DNA of 64,000 nt from the human T2T-CHM13v2.0 reference genome, Homo sapiens. The DNA is taken from the NCBI RefSeq assembly GCF_009914755.1, contig NC_060948.1. The stretch is one strand, 5' to 3'. How positions within the stretch are numbered: the first letter of the stretch is position 1; every line of letters starts with the position of its first letter. Shown in pieces: positions 12,701 through 28,000 of the stretch. The notes under the pieces were generated by a model. The model saw nothing but the letters and a program-made list of their open reading frames with translations, ran no database searches and was not told the DNA's origin. The position numbers and the translations under genes were made by a program.

Positions 12701-15100
12701 ATGGTATAGAATGGAATGGAATCATCTGGAATGGAATTGAATGGAATGGAATAATATGATATGGAATGGAATGGAATGGAATGCCCTTAAATTAAATGGA
12801 CTGGAATGGAATGGACTCGAACAGAGTGGAATGGAAAGTGTTGAAATAGAATGGAATGGACTCCTTTGGAATGGTCTAGTATGCAATGCAATCGACTGGC
12901 AGGGAATCAAAAGGAATGTAATCGAATGGATTGGACTGGAATGCAATGGAGTCGAATAGATAGGAAACGGAATGCAAAGGAATGGAATGAAATAGTATGG
13001 AATGGAATGGAAAGGAATGGAGTGGAATAGACTAGAGTGGAATGGAATGGACTCGAAAGCAATGGACTGGAATGGAACTTTCTTGAATGGACTGGAATCA
13101 AACGGAATGGAATGCAATGCAATCAAATGGCATGGAATAAAATAGAATGAAAGAGAATCAAATGGAATTGAATCGAATGGAATCGAATGGATTGGAAAGG
13201 AATAGAATGGAATGGAATGGAACTGACTCAAATGGAATGGACTAGAATGGAATGGAGTCGAATGGAAGGCAAAGGAATAGAATCTATTGGAATGGACTGT
13301 AATGGAATGGAATGGAAGGGATTGGAATGGACTCGAATGGAATGGACTACAATAGAAAGGATTCGAATGGAATGAAAAAGAATTGAATGGAATAGAACAG
13401 AATGGTATCAAATCGAATGTAACGGAATGGAATTGAAAGGAATGGAATGAAATGAAATGGAAAGGATTCGAATGGAATGCAATCGAAGGGAATGCAATCA
13501 AATGGAATGGAATCGAACGGAATGGAATAAAATGGAAGAAAACTGGCAAGAAATGGAATCGAAATGAATGGAGTGTTATGGAACGGACTCAAAAGTAATT
13601 GAATGTAATTGAATGGAGTGGAGTGGACTCGAATATAATGGACTGGAATGGAACGGAATCACATGGAATGGGAACGAATGGAATGGAATGGAAAGGAATG
13701 GAATCGAATGGAAAGGAATCGAATGGAAGGGAATGAAATTGAATCAACAGGAATGGAAGGGAATAGAATAGACTGTAATGGAATGGACTCGAATAGAATA
13801 GACACGAATGTTCAAATTGAATGGACTCGTATAGAATGGAAACGAAAGGAATGTCATCGAATGGAATTGAATCCATTGGAATGAAATCGCCTAGAATGGA
13901 GTGGAATCAAATGGAATTGAATCGAAAGTAAAGGAAGCGAATGGACTGAAATGAAATGGAATGGAATTGAATGGAAAGTAATGCAATGGAATGGAATGGA
14001 AAGAAATTTCACGGAATGGAATCAAACAGAATGGAATCAAATCAATGGAATATAATCAAATGGAATGGATAGGAATTGAATGGAATAGATTGGATTGGAA
14101 GGGATTGGAATGCAATGGACTGGGAAGGACTCGAATTTCATGAAACGGAATGGAATGGACTCGAATGGAATGGAATGTCATAGAATGGCATCAAATGGAA
14201 TGGCATCAAATGGAATGGAATCGAATGCAATGGAATGTTATGGAATGGAATGGAATGAATTGGAATGAAATGTCCTCTAATGGAATGGATTCGAGTGGAA
14301 TGGAATCGAATATAATGGAGTCGAATGAAATGGAATTGAAAGGAATGGGATCGAATAGAATGGAACATACTGGAATGTAATGTAATGAAGTCGAATGTAG
14401 TTGACTGGAATGGAATGTACGTGAATGGAATGTAATCGAATGGAAAGTAATCCAATGGAATAGAATCTAATGCAATAAAATCGACTCGAATGGAATAGAA
14501 TGGAATGGAATGGAATGCAGTGCCATGGAACGGAATGGAATGGAATGCAATGGAGTGGAGTGGAATGGAATGGAATGGAATGGGATGGAATGGTATGGAA
14601 TGGATAGTAATGGACTGGAGTGAAATGGACTGGAAAGGAATGGACTCTAATTTAAAGGGCTCGAAAGGAATGGAGTCAAATGGAATGATCTGGAATGGAA
14701 TGAACTCGAATGTAATGCAATCCAATAGAATGGAAACAAATGGAATGGAATTGAATGGAATGGAATTGAATGGAATGGGAACGAATGAAGTGAAATTGTA
14801 AGGAATAAAAGAGTATAGAATGGAATGCAAGGGAAAGGAAAGGAATGGATTGGAATGGAATGGAATTCATTGGAATGGAAGGGAATGTAGTGTAATGGAC
14901 AGGCCTGGAATAAACTGGAATTCTACGGTCTCGAATGGAATAAAAATGTATGGAATGGAATGCAGTGAAACGAATCGAATGTCATAGAATGTAACGGAAT
15001 GCAAAAAAATGGACTCCAAAATCATTGACTGGAAAGGCTGGGTGTCGGAAGGAATTGACTCCAATGGAATGGAATCGAATGGAATGGAAGTGAATAGAAT
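9800..15100 (+). repeat. Adjacent near-identical unit pair (offset 3498-3503 bp)
   Basis: Private variants shared only by these two copies: GGACTACAATAG (~9846/~13344), AGAATGGTATC (~9901/~13399), AAAAGTAATTGAATGTAATTG (~10093/~13591), ACTCTAATTTAAAGGG (~11141/~14644), extra EcoRI site (11415/14918), GTCGGAAGG (~11541/~15044). Confidence 0.85.
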
Positions 15101-16080
15101 CGAACTAAATCGAATGGAATGGAATTGATAGGAACGGAATGGAAAGGAATGGAATGATTTGGCATGGAATGGAATCGAATGGCATCGAATGGAATGGAAT
15201 GGAATGCAATGGAATGGAATGTATTAGAATGTAATGAACTTTAATGGGATGTACTCGAATGGATTCGACTGGAATGGAATGTTCTGGAAGTGAATGGACT
15301 CCAATGGAATGGATTCGAAAGGAATGGAATCGAACGGAATGGAATCTAATGGAATGGAATTAAATGGAAAGGAATCAAATGGAATAGCACGGAATTGAAT
15401 TGAATGGAATCGAATGCAATGGAATCTAATGAAACGGAAAGGAAAGGAATGGAATGGAATGGAATGGGCTGGAATGGAATGGAATCGAAACGAATGGAAT
15501 GGAATCGAACTGCAGAGACTGCAATGGAATGTACTGGAATGCAAGGGAGTGTAATGGTAGGTTCTCGAAAAAAATGGAATCGAATGGAATGGAATTGAAT
15601 GGAACGGAATAGAGTCGAATGGAATTGAATGGAATGGAATGGACTAGAGTGAAATGGAATCGAGTCACAAGGAATGGACAGGAATAGAATGGTCTCGAAT
15701 TGAATGGAATCGTATGGAATGGCATCAAACGGAATGGAATGGACAGCCACGGAATGGAATGCACTCGAATGCAATGGAGTCGAAACTAATGGACTGGAAT
15801 AGAATGGACTCGACTGGTACGGACTCCAATGGAATGGAATGGAATGGAAGGGAATCGAACGGAATGGACTCGAAGTGAAAAGACTGCAACGGAAAGGTTT
15901 CGAATGGAATGGAAATTAATGGAATGGAATGGAATCGAATGAAATGGAGTCAAAAGGAATGGAATCGAATGGCAAGGAATCGAATGTAATGGAATCACAA
16001 GGAATGGATGTGAACGGAACGGAATGGAATGGAATCAAAAGGAATGGAATAGAATGGAATGGAATCGAATGGAAAGGACT

Positions 16081-19000
16081 TGAATGGAAATCACTTGAAT
16101 AGAAGGAAATTTAATAAAATAGGATCAAATATAATGGAATGGAATGGAAAGGAATCGAAACGAAAGGAATGGAGACAGATGGAAAGGAATGGAACAGAGA
16201 GCAATGGTATAGAATGGAATGGAATCATCTGGAATGGAATTGAATGGAATGGAATAATATGATATGGAATGGAATGGAATGGAATGCCCTTGAATTAAAT
16301 GGACTGGAATGGAATGGACTCGAACAGAGTGGAATGGAAAGTGTTGAAATAGAATGGAATGGACTCCTTTGGAATGGTCTAGTATGCAATGCAATCGACT
16401 GGCAGGGAATCAAAAGGAATGTAATGGAATGGATTGGACTGGAATGCAATGGAGTCGAATAGATAGGAAACGGAATGCAAAGGAATGGAATGGAATAGTA
16501 TGGAATGGAATGGAAAGGAATGGAGTGGAATAGACTAGAGTGGAATGGAATGGACTCGAAAGCAATGGACTGGAATGGAACTTTCTTGAATGGACTGGAA
16601 TCAAACGGAATGGAATGCAATGCAATCAAATGGCATGGAATAAAATAGAATGAAAGAGAATCAAATGGAATTGAATCGAATGGAATCGAATGGATTGGAA
16701 AGGAATAGAATGGAATGGAATGGAACTGACTCAAATGGAATGGACTAGAATGGAATGGAGTCGAATGGAAGGCAAAGGAATAGAATCTATTGGAATGGAC
16801 TGTAATGGAATGGAATGGAAGGGATTGGAATGGACTCGAATGGAATGGACTGCAATAGAAAGGATTCGAATGGAATGAAAAAGAATTGAATGGAATAGAA
16901 CAGAATGGAATCAAATCGAATGTAACGGAATGGAATTGAAAGGAATGGAATGAAATGGAATGGAAAGGATTCGAATGGAATGCAATCGAAGGGAATGCAA
17001 TCGAATGGAATGGAATCGAACGGAATGGAATAAAATGGAAGAAAACTGGCAAGAAATGGAATCGAAATGAATGGAGTGTTATGGAACGGACTCAAAAGGA
17101 ATTGAATGTAATAGAATGGAGTGGAGTGGACTCGAATGTAATGGACTGGAATGGAACGGAATCACATGGAATGGGAACGAATGGAATGGAATGGAAAGGA
17201 ATGGAATCGAATGGAAAGGAATCGAATGGAAGGGAATGAAATTGAATCAACAGGAATGGAAGGGAATAGAATAGACTGTAATGGAATGGACTCGAACAGA
17301 ATGGAAACGAATGCTCATATTGAATGGACTCGTATAGAATGGAAACGAAAGGAATGTCATCGAATGGAATTGAATCGATTGGAATGAAATCGCATAGAAT
17401 GGAGTGGAATCAAATGGAATTGAATCGAAAGTAAAGGAAGTGAATGGACTGAAATGAAATGGAATGGAATTGAATGGAAAGTAATGCAATGGAATGGAAT
17501 GGAACGAAATTTCACTTAATGGAATCAAACAGAATGGAATCAAATCAATGGAATATAATCAAATGGAATGGATAGGAATTGAATGGAATAGATTGGATTG
17601 GAAGGGATTGGAATGCAATGGAATGGGAAGGACTCGAATTTCATGAAACGGAATGGAATGAATTGGAATGGAATGGACTCGAATGGAATGGAATCAAATG
17701 GAATGGCATCAAATGGAATGGAATCGAATGCAATGGAATGTTATGGAATGGAATGGGATGCATTGGAATGAAATGTCCTCTAATGGAATGGATTCGAGTG
17801 GAATGGAATCGAATATAATGGAGTCGAATGAAAAGGAATTGAAAGGAATGGGATCGAATAGAATGGAATATACTGGAATGTAATGTAATGAAGTCGAATG
17901 TAATTGACTGGAATGGAATGTACGTGAATGGAATGAAATCGAATGGAAAGTAATCCAATGGAATAGAATCTAATGCAATAAAATCGACTCGAATGGAATA
18001 GAATGGAATGGAATGGAATGCAGTGCAATGGAACGGAATGGAATGGAATGCAATGGAGTGGAATGGAATGGAATGGAATGGGATGGAATGGTATGGAATG
18101 GATAGTAATGGACTGGAATGAAATGGACTGGAAAGGAATGGACTGAAATTGAAAGGGCTCGAAAGGAATGGAGTCAAATGGAATGATCTGGAATGGAATG
18201 AACTCGAATGTAATGCAATCCAATAGAATGGAAACAAATGGAATGGAATTGAATGGAATGGAATTGAATGGATTGGGAACGAATGGAGTGAAATTGTATG
18301 GAATAGAAGAGAATAGAATGGAATGCAGGGGAAAGGAAAGGAATGGATTGGAATGGAATGGAATTCATTGGAATGGAAGGGAATGTAGTGTAATGGACAG
18401 GCCTGGAATAAACTGGAATGCTACGGTCTCGAATGGAATAAAAATGTATGGAATGCAATGCAGTGAAACGAATCGAATGTCATAGAATGTAATGGAATGC
18501 AAAAAAATGGACTCCAAAATCATTGACTGGAAAGGCTGGGTGTCGAAAGGAATTGACTCCAATGGAATGGAATCGAATGGAATGGAAGTGAATAGAATCG
18601 AACTAAATCGAATGGAATGGAATTGATAGGAACGGAATGGAAAGGAATGGAATGATTTGGCATGGAATGGAATCGAATGGCATCGAATGGAATGGAATGG
18701 AATGTAATGGAATGGAATGTATTAGAATGTAATGAACTTTAATGGGATGTACTCGAATGGATTCGACTGGAATGGAATGTTCTGGAAGTGAATGGACTCC
18801 AATGGAATGGATTCGAAAGGAATGGAATCGAACGGAATGGAATCTAATGGAATGGAATTAAATGGAAAGGAATCAAAAGGAATAGCACGGAATTGAATTG
18901 AATGGAATCGAATGCAATGGAATCTAATGAAACGGAAAGGAAAGGAATGGAATGGAATGGAATGGGCTGGAATGGAATGGAATCGAAACGAATGGAATGG

Positions 19001-22000
19001 AATCGAACTGCAGAGACTGCAATGGAATGTACTGGAATGCAAGGGAGTGTAATGGAAGGTTCTCGAAAAGAATGGAATCGAATGGAATGGAATTGAATGG
19101 AACGGAATAGAGTCGAATGGAATTGAATGGAATGGAATGGACTAGAGTGAAATGGAATCGAGTCACAAGGAATAGACAGGAATAGAATGGTCTCGAATTG
19201 AATGGAATCGTATGGAATGGCATCAAACGGAATGGAATGGACAGCCACGGAATGGAATGCACTCGAATGCAATGGAGTCGAAACTAATGGACTGGAATAG
19301 AATGGACTCGACTGGTACGGACTCCAATGGAATGGAATGGAATGGAAGGGAATCGAACGGAATGGACTCGAAGTGAAAAGACTGCAACGGAAAGGTTTCG
19401 AATGGAATGGAAATTAATGGAATGGAATGGAATCGAATGAAATGGAGTCAAAAGGAATGGAATCGAATGGCAAGGAATCGAATGTAATGGAATCACAAGG
19501 AATGGATGTGAACGGAACGGAATGGAATGGAATCAAAAGGAATGGAATAGAATGGAATGGAATCGAATGGAAAGGACTTGAATGGAAATCACTTGAATAG
19601 AAGGAAATTTAATAAAATAGGATCAAATATAATGGAATGGAATGGAAAGGAATCGAAACGAAAGGAATGGAGACAGATGGAAAGGAATGGAACAGAGAGC
19701 AATGGTATAGAATGGAATGGAATCATCTGGAATGGAATTGAATGGAATGGAATAATATGATATGGAATGGAATGGAATGGAATGCCCTTGAATTAAATGG
19801 ACTGGAATGGAATGGACTCGAACAGAGTGGAATGGAAAGTGTTGAAATAGAATGGAATGGACTCCTTTGGAATGGTCTAGTATGCAATGCAATCGACTGG
19901 CAGGGAATCAAAAGGAATGTAATGGAATGGATTGGACTGGAATGCAATGGAGTCGAATAGATAGGAAACGGAATGCAAAGGAATGGAATGGAATAGTATG
20001 GAATGGAATGGAAAGGAATGGAGTGGAATAGACTAGAGTGGAATGGAATGGACTCGAAAGCAATGGACTGGAATGGAACTTTCTTGAATGGACTGGAATC
20101 AAACGGAATGGAATGCAATGCAATCAAATGGCATGGAATAAAATAGAATGAAAGAGAATCAAATGGAATTGAATCGAATGGAATCGAATGGATTGGAAAG
20201 GAATAGAATGGAATGGAATGGAACTGACTCAAATGGAATGGACTAGAATGGAATGGAGTCGAATGGAAGGCAAAGGAATAGAATCTATTGGAATGGACTG
20301 TAATGGAATGGAATGGAAGGGATTGGAATGGACTCGAATGGAATGGACTGCAATAGAAAGGATTCGAATGGAATGAAAAAGAATTGAATGGAATAGAACA
20401 GAATGGAATCAAATCGAATGTAACGGAATGGAATTGAAAGGAATGGAATGAAATGGAATGGAAAGGATTCGAATGGAATGCAATCGAAGGGAATGCAATC
20501 GAATGGAATGGAATCGAACGGAATGGAATAAAATGGAAGAAAACTGGCAAGAAATGGAATCGAAATGAATGGAGTGTTATGGAACGGACTCAAAAGGAAT
20601 TGAATGTAATAGAATGGAGTGGAGTGGACTCGAATGTAATGGACTGGAATGGAACGGAATCACATGGAATGGGAACGAATGGAATGGAATGGAAAGGAAT
20701 GGAATCGAATGGAAAGGAATCGAATGGAAGGGAATGAAATTGAATCAACAGGAATGGAAGGGAATAGAATAGACTGTAATGGAATGGACTCGAACAGAAT
20801 GGAAACGAATGCTCATATTGAATGGACTCGTATAGAATGGAAACGAAAGGAATGTCATCGAATGGAATTGAATCGATTGGAATGAAATCGCATAGAATGG
20901 AGTGGAATCAAATGGAATTGAATCGAAAGTAAAGGAAGTGAATGGACTGAAATGAAATGGAATGGAATTGAATGGAAAGTAATGCAATGGAATGGAATGG
21001 AACGAAATTTCACTTAATGGAATCAAACAGAATGGAATCAAATCAATGGAATATAATCAAATGGAATGGATAGGAATTGAATGGAATAGATTGGATTGGA
21101 AGGGATTGGAATGCAATGGAATGGGAAGGACTCGAATTTCATGAAACGGAATGGAATGAATTGGAATGGAATGGACTCGAATGGAATGGAATCAAATGGA
21201 ATGGCATCAAATGGAATGGAATCGAATGCAATGGAATGTTATGGAATGGAATGGGATGCATTGGAATGAAATGTCCTCTAATGGAATGGATTCGAGTGGA
21301 ATGGAATCGAATATAATGGAGTCGAATGAAAAGGAATTGAAAGGAATGGGATCGAATAGAATGGAATATACTGGAATGTAATGTAATGAAGTCGAATGTA
21401 ATTGACTGGAATGGAATGTACGTGAATGGAATGAAATCGAATGGAAAGTAATCCAATGGAATAGAATCTAATGCAATAAAATCGACTCGAATGGAATAGA
21501 ATGGAATGGAATGGAATGCAGTGCAATGGAACGGAATGGAATGGAATGCAATGGAGTGGAATGGAATGGAATGGAATGGGATGGAATGGTATGGAATGGA
21601 TAGTAATGGACTGGAATGAAATGGACTGGAAAGGAATGGACTGAAATTGAAAGGGCTCGAAAGGAATGGAGTCAAATGGAATGATCTGGAATGGAATGAA
21701 CTCGAATGTAATGCAATCCAATAGAATGGAAACAAATGGAATGGAATTGAATGGAATGGAATTGAATGGATTGGGAACGAATGGAGTGAAATTGTATGGA
21801 ATAGAAGAGAATAGAATGGAATGCAGGGGAAAGGAAAGGAATGGATTGGAATGGAATGGAATTCATTGGAATGGAAGGGAATGTAGTGTAATGGACAGGC
21901 CTGGAATAAACTGGAATGCTACGGTCTCGAATGGAATAAAAATGTATGGAATGCAATGCAGTGAAACGAATCGAATGTCATAGAATGTAATGGAATGCAA

Positions 22001-25000
22001 AAAAATGGACTCCAAAATCATTGACTGGAAAGGCTGGGTGTCGAAAGGAATTGACTCCAATGGAATGGAATCGAATGGAATGGAAGTGAATAGAATCGAA
22101 CTAAATCGAATGGAATGGAATTGATAGGAACGGAATGGAAAGGAATGGAATGATTTGGCATGGAATGGAATCGAATGGCATCGAATGGAATGGAATGGAA
22201 TGTAATGGAATGGAATGTATTAGAATGTAATGAACTTTAATGGGATGTACTCGAATGGATTCGACTGGAATGGAATGTTCTGGAAGTGAATGGACTCCAA
22301 TGGAATGGATTCGAAAGGAATGGAATCGAACGGAATGGAATCTAATGGAATGGAATTAAATGGAAAGGAATCAAAAGGAATAGCACGGAATTGAATTGAA
22401 TGGAATCGAATGCAATGGAATCTAATGAAACGGAAAGGAAAGGAATGGAATGGAATGGAATGGGCTGGAATGGAATGGAATCGAAACGAATGGAATGGAA
22501 TCGAACTGCAGAGACTGCAATGGAATGTACTGGAATGCAAGGGAGTGTAATGGAAGGTTCTCGAAAAGAATGGAATCGAATGGAATGGAATTGAATGGAA
22601 CGGAATAGAGTCGAATGGAATTGAATGGAATGGAATGGACTAGAGTGAAATGGAATCGAGTCACAAGGAATAGACAGGAATAGAATGGTCTCGAATTGAA
22701 TGGAATCGTATGGAATGGCATCAAACGGAATGGAATGGACAGCCACGGAATGGAATGCACTCGAATGCAATGGAGTCGAAACTAATGGACTGGAATAGAA
22801 TGGACTCGACTGGTACGGACTCCAATGGAATGGAATGGAATGGAAGGGAATCGAACGGAATGGACTCGAAGTGAAAAGACTGCAACGGAAAGGTTTCGAA
22901 TGGAATGGAAATTAATGGAATGGAATGGAATCGAATGAAATGGAGTCAAAAGGAATGGAATCGAATGGCAAGGAATCGAATGTAATGGAATCACAAGGAA
23001 TGGATGTGAACGGAACGGAATGGAATGGAATCAAAAGGAATGGAATAGAATGGAATGGAATCGAATGGAAAGGACTTGAATGGAAATCACTTGAATAGAA
23101 GGAAATTTAATAAAATAGGATCAAATATAATGGAATGGAATGGAAAGGAATCGAAACGAAAGGAATGGAGACAGATGGAAAGGAATGGAACAGAGAGCAA
23201 TGGTATAGAATGGAATGGAATCATCTGGAATGGAATTGAATGGAATGGAATAATATGATATGGAATGGAATGGAATGGAATGCCCTTGAATTAAATGGAC
23301 TGGAATGGAATGGACTCGAACAGAGTGGAATGGAAAGTGTTGAAATAGAATGGAATGGACTCCTTTGGAATGGTCTAGTATGCAATGCAATCGACTGGCA
23401 GGGAATCAAAAGGAATGTAATGGAATGGATTGGACTGGAATGCAATGGAGTCGAATAGATAGGAAACGGAATGCAAAGGAATGGAATGGAATAGTATGGA
23501 ATGGAATGGAAAGGAATGGAGTGGAATAGACTAGAGTGGAATGGAATGGACTCGAAAGCAATGGACTGGAATGGAACTTTCTTGAATGGACTGGAATCAA
23601 ACGGAATGGAATGCAATGCAATCAAATGGCATGGAATAAAATAGAATGAAAGAGAATCAAATGGAATTGAATCGAATGGAATCGAATGGATTGGAAAGGA
23701 ATAGAATGGAATGGAATGGAACTGACTCAAATGGAATGGACTAGAATGGAATGGAGTCGAATGGAAGGCAAAGGAATAGAATCTATTGGAATGGACTGTA
23801 ATGGAATGGAATGGAAGGGATTGGAATGGACTCGAATGGAATGGACTGCAATAGAAAGGATTCGAATGGAATGAAAAAGAATTGAATGGAATAGAACAGA
23901 ATGGAATCAAATCGAATGTAACGGAATGGAATTGAAAGGAATGGAATGAAATGGAATGGAAAGGATTCGAATGGAATGCAATCGAAGGGAATGCAATCGA
24001 ATGGAATGGAATCGAACGGAATGGAATAAAATGGAAGAAAACTGGCAAGAAATGGAATCGAAATGAATGGAGTGTTATGGAACGGACTCAAAAGGAATTG
24101 AATGTAATAGAATGGAGTGGAGTGGACTCGAATGTAATGGACTGGAATGGAACGGAATCACATGGAATGGGAACGAATGGAATGGAATGGAAAGGAATGG
24201 AATCGAATGGAAAGGAATCGAATGGAAGGGAATGAAATTGAATCAACAGGAATGGAAGGGAATAGAATAGACTGTAATGGAATGGACTCGAACAGAATGG
24301 AAACGAATGCTCATATTGAATGGACTCGTATAGAATGGAAACGAAAGGAATGTCATCGAATGGAATTGAATCGATTGGAATGAAATCGCATAGAATGGAG
24401 TGGAATCAAATGGAATTGAATCGAAAGTAAAGGAAGTGAATGGACTGAAATGAAATGGAATGGAATTGAATGGAAAGTAATGCAATGGAATGGAATGGAA
24501 CGAAATTTCACTTAATGGAATCAAACAGAATGGAATCAAATCAATGGAATATAATCAAATGGAATGGATAGGAATTGAATGGAATAGATTGGATTGGAAG
24601 GGATTGGAATGCAATGGAATGGGAAGGACTCGAATTTCATGAAACGGAATGGAATGAATTGGAATGGAATGGACTCGAATGGAATGGAATCAAATGGAAT
24701 GGCATCAAATGGAATGGAATCGAATGCAATGGAATGTTATGGAATGGAATGGGATGCATTGGAATGAAATGTCCTCTAATGGAATGGATTCGAGTGGAAT
24801 GGAATCGAATATAATGGAGTCGAATGAAAAGGAATTGAAAGGAATGGGATCGAATAGAATGGAATATACTGGAATGTAATGTAATGAAGTCGAATGTAAT
24901 TGACTGGAATGGAATGTACGTGAATGGAATGAAATCGAATGGAAAGTAATCCAATGGAATAGAATCTAATGCAATAAAATCGACTCGAATGGAATAGAAT

Positions 25001-28000
25001 GGAATGGAATGGAATGCAGTGCAATGGAACGGAATGGAATGGAATGCAATGGAGTGGAATGGAATGGAATGGAATGGGATGGAATGGTATGGAATGGATA
25101 GTAATGGACTGGAATGAAATGGACTGGAAAGGAATGGACTGAAATTGAAAGGGCTCGAAAGGAATGGAGTCAAATGGAATGATCTGGAATGGAATGAACT
25201 CGAATGTAATGCAATCCAATAGAATGGAAACAAATGGAATGGAATTGAATGGAATGGAATTGAATGGATTGGGAACGAATGGAGTGAAATTGTATGGAAT
25301 AGAAGAGAATAGAATGGAATGCAGGGGAAAGGAAAGGAATGGATTGGAATGGAATGGAATTCATTGGAATGGAAGGGAATGTAGTGTAATGGACAGGCCT
25401 GGAATAAACTGGAATGCTACGGTCTCGAATGGAATAAAAATGTATGGAATGCAATGCAGTGAAACGAATCGAATGTCATAGAATGTAATGGAATGCAAAA
25501 AAATGGACTCCAAAATCATTGACTGGAAAGGCTGGGTGTCGAAAGGAATTGACTCCAATGGAATGGAATCGAATGGAATGGAAGTGAATAGAATCGAACT
25601 AAATCGAATGGAATGGAATTGATAGGAACGGAATGGAAAGGAATGGAATGATTTGGCATGGAATGGAATCGAATGGCATCGAATGGAATGGAATGGAATG
25701 TAATGGAATGGAATGTATTAGAATGTAATGAACTTTAATGGGATGTACTCGAATGGATTCGACTGGAATGGAATGTTCTGGAAGTGAATGGACTCCAATG
25801 GAATGGATTCGAAAGGAATGGAATCGAACGGAATGGAATCTAATGGAATGGAATTAAATGGAAAGGAATCAAAAGGAATAGCACGGAATTGAATTGAATG
25901 GAATCGAATGCAATGGAATCTAATGAAACGGAAAGGAAAGGAATGGAATGGAATGGAATGGGCTGGAATGGAATGGAATCGAAACGAATGGAATGGAATC
26001 GAACTGCAGAGACTGCAATGGAATGTACTGGAATGCAAGGGAGTGTAATGGAAGGTTCTCGAAAAGAATGGAATCGAATGGAATGGAATTGAATGGAACG
26101 GAATAGAGTCGAATGGAATTGAATGGAATGGAATGGACTAGAGTGAAATGGAATCGAGTCACAAGGAATAGACAGGAATAGAATGGTCTCGAATTGAATG
26201 GAATCGTATGGAATGGCATCAAACGGAATGGAATGGACAGCCACGGAATGGAATGCACTCGAATGCAATGGAGTCGAAACTAATGGACTGGAATAGAATG
26301 GACTCGACTGGTACGGACTCCAATGGAATGGAATGGAATGGAAGGGAATCGAACGGAATGGACTCGAAGTGAAAAGACTGCAACGGAAAGGTTTCGAATG
26401 GAATGGAAATTAATGGAATGGAATGGAATCGAATGAAATGGAGTCAAAAGGAATGGAATCGAATGGCAAGGAATCGAATGTAATGGAATCACAAGGAATG
26501 GATGTGAACGGAACGGAATGGAATGGAATCGAATGGAAAGGACTTGAATGGAAATCACTTGAATAGAAGGAAATTTAATAAAATAGGATCAAATATAATG
26601 GAATGGAATGGAAAGGAATCGAAACGAAAGGAATGGAGACAGATGGAAAGGAATGGAACAGAGAGCAATGGTATAGAATGGAATGGAATCATCTGGAATG
26701 GAATTGAATGGAATGGAATAATATGATATGGAATGGAATGGAATGGAATGCCCTTGAATTAAATGGACTGGAATGGAATGGACTCGAACAGAGTGGAATG
26801 GAAAGTGTTGAAATAGAATGGAATGGACTCCTTTGGAATGGTCTAGTATGCAATGCAATCGACTGGCAGGGAATCAAAAGGAATGTAATGGAATGGATTG
26901 GACTGGAATGCAATGGAGTCGAATAGATAGGAAACGGAATGCAAAGGAATGGAATGGAATAGTATGGAATGGAATGGAAAGGAATGGAGTGGAATAGACT
27001 AGAGTGGAATGGAATGGACTCGAAAGCAATGGACTGGAATGGAACTTTCTTGAATGGACTGGAATCAAACGGAATGGAATGCAATGCAATCAAATGGCAT
27101 GGAATAAAATAGAATGAAAGAGAATCAAATGGAATTGAATCGAATGGAATCGAATGGATTGGAAAGGAATAGAATGGAATGGAATGGAACTGACTCAAAT
27201 GGAATGGACTAGAATGGAATGGAGTCGAATGGAAGGCAAAGGAATAGAATCTATTGGAATGGACTGTAATGGAATGGAATGGAAGGGATTGGAATGGACT
27301 CGAATGGAATGGACTGCAATAGAAAGGATTCGAATGGAATGAAAAAGAATTGAATGGAATAGAACAGAATGGAATCAAATCGAATGTAACGGAATGGAAT
27401 TGAAAGGAATGGAATGAAATGGAATGGAAAGGATTCGAATGGAATGCAATCGAAGGGAATGCAATCGAATGGAATGGAATCGAACGGAATGGAATAAAAT
27501 GGAAGAAAACTGGCAAGAAATGGAATCGAAATGAATGGAGTGTTATGGAACGGACTCAAAAGGAATTGAATGTAATAGAATGGAGTGGAGTGGACTCGAA
27601 TGTAATGGACTGGAATGGAACGGAATCACATGGAATGGGAACGAATGGAATGGAATGGAAAGGAATGGAATCGAATGGAAAGGAATCGAATGGAAGGGAA
27701 TGAAATTGAATCAACAGGAATGGAAGGGAATAGAATAGACTGTAATGGAATGGACTCGAACAGAATGGAAACGAATGCTCATATTGAATGGACTCGTATA
27801 GAATGGAAACGAAAGGAATGTCATCGAATGGAATTGAATCGATTGGAATGAAATCGCATAGAATGGAGTGGAATCAAATGGAATTGAATCGAAAGTAAAG
27901 GAAGTGAATGGACTGAAATGAAATGGAATGGAATTGAATGGAAAGTAATGCAATGGAATGGAATGGAACGAAATTTCACTTAATGGAATCAAACAGAATG

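Noticed and set aside
18321-18345. G-run GCAGGGGAAAGG as a possible G-quadruplex
   Set aside because: It is a single isolated G4 run from one substitution, with no four closely spaced G3 tracts.
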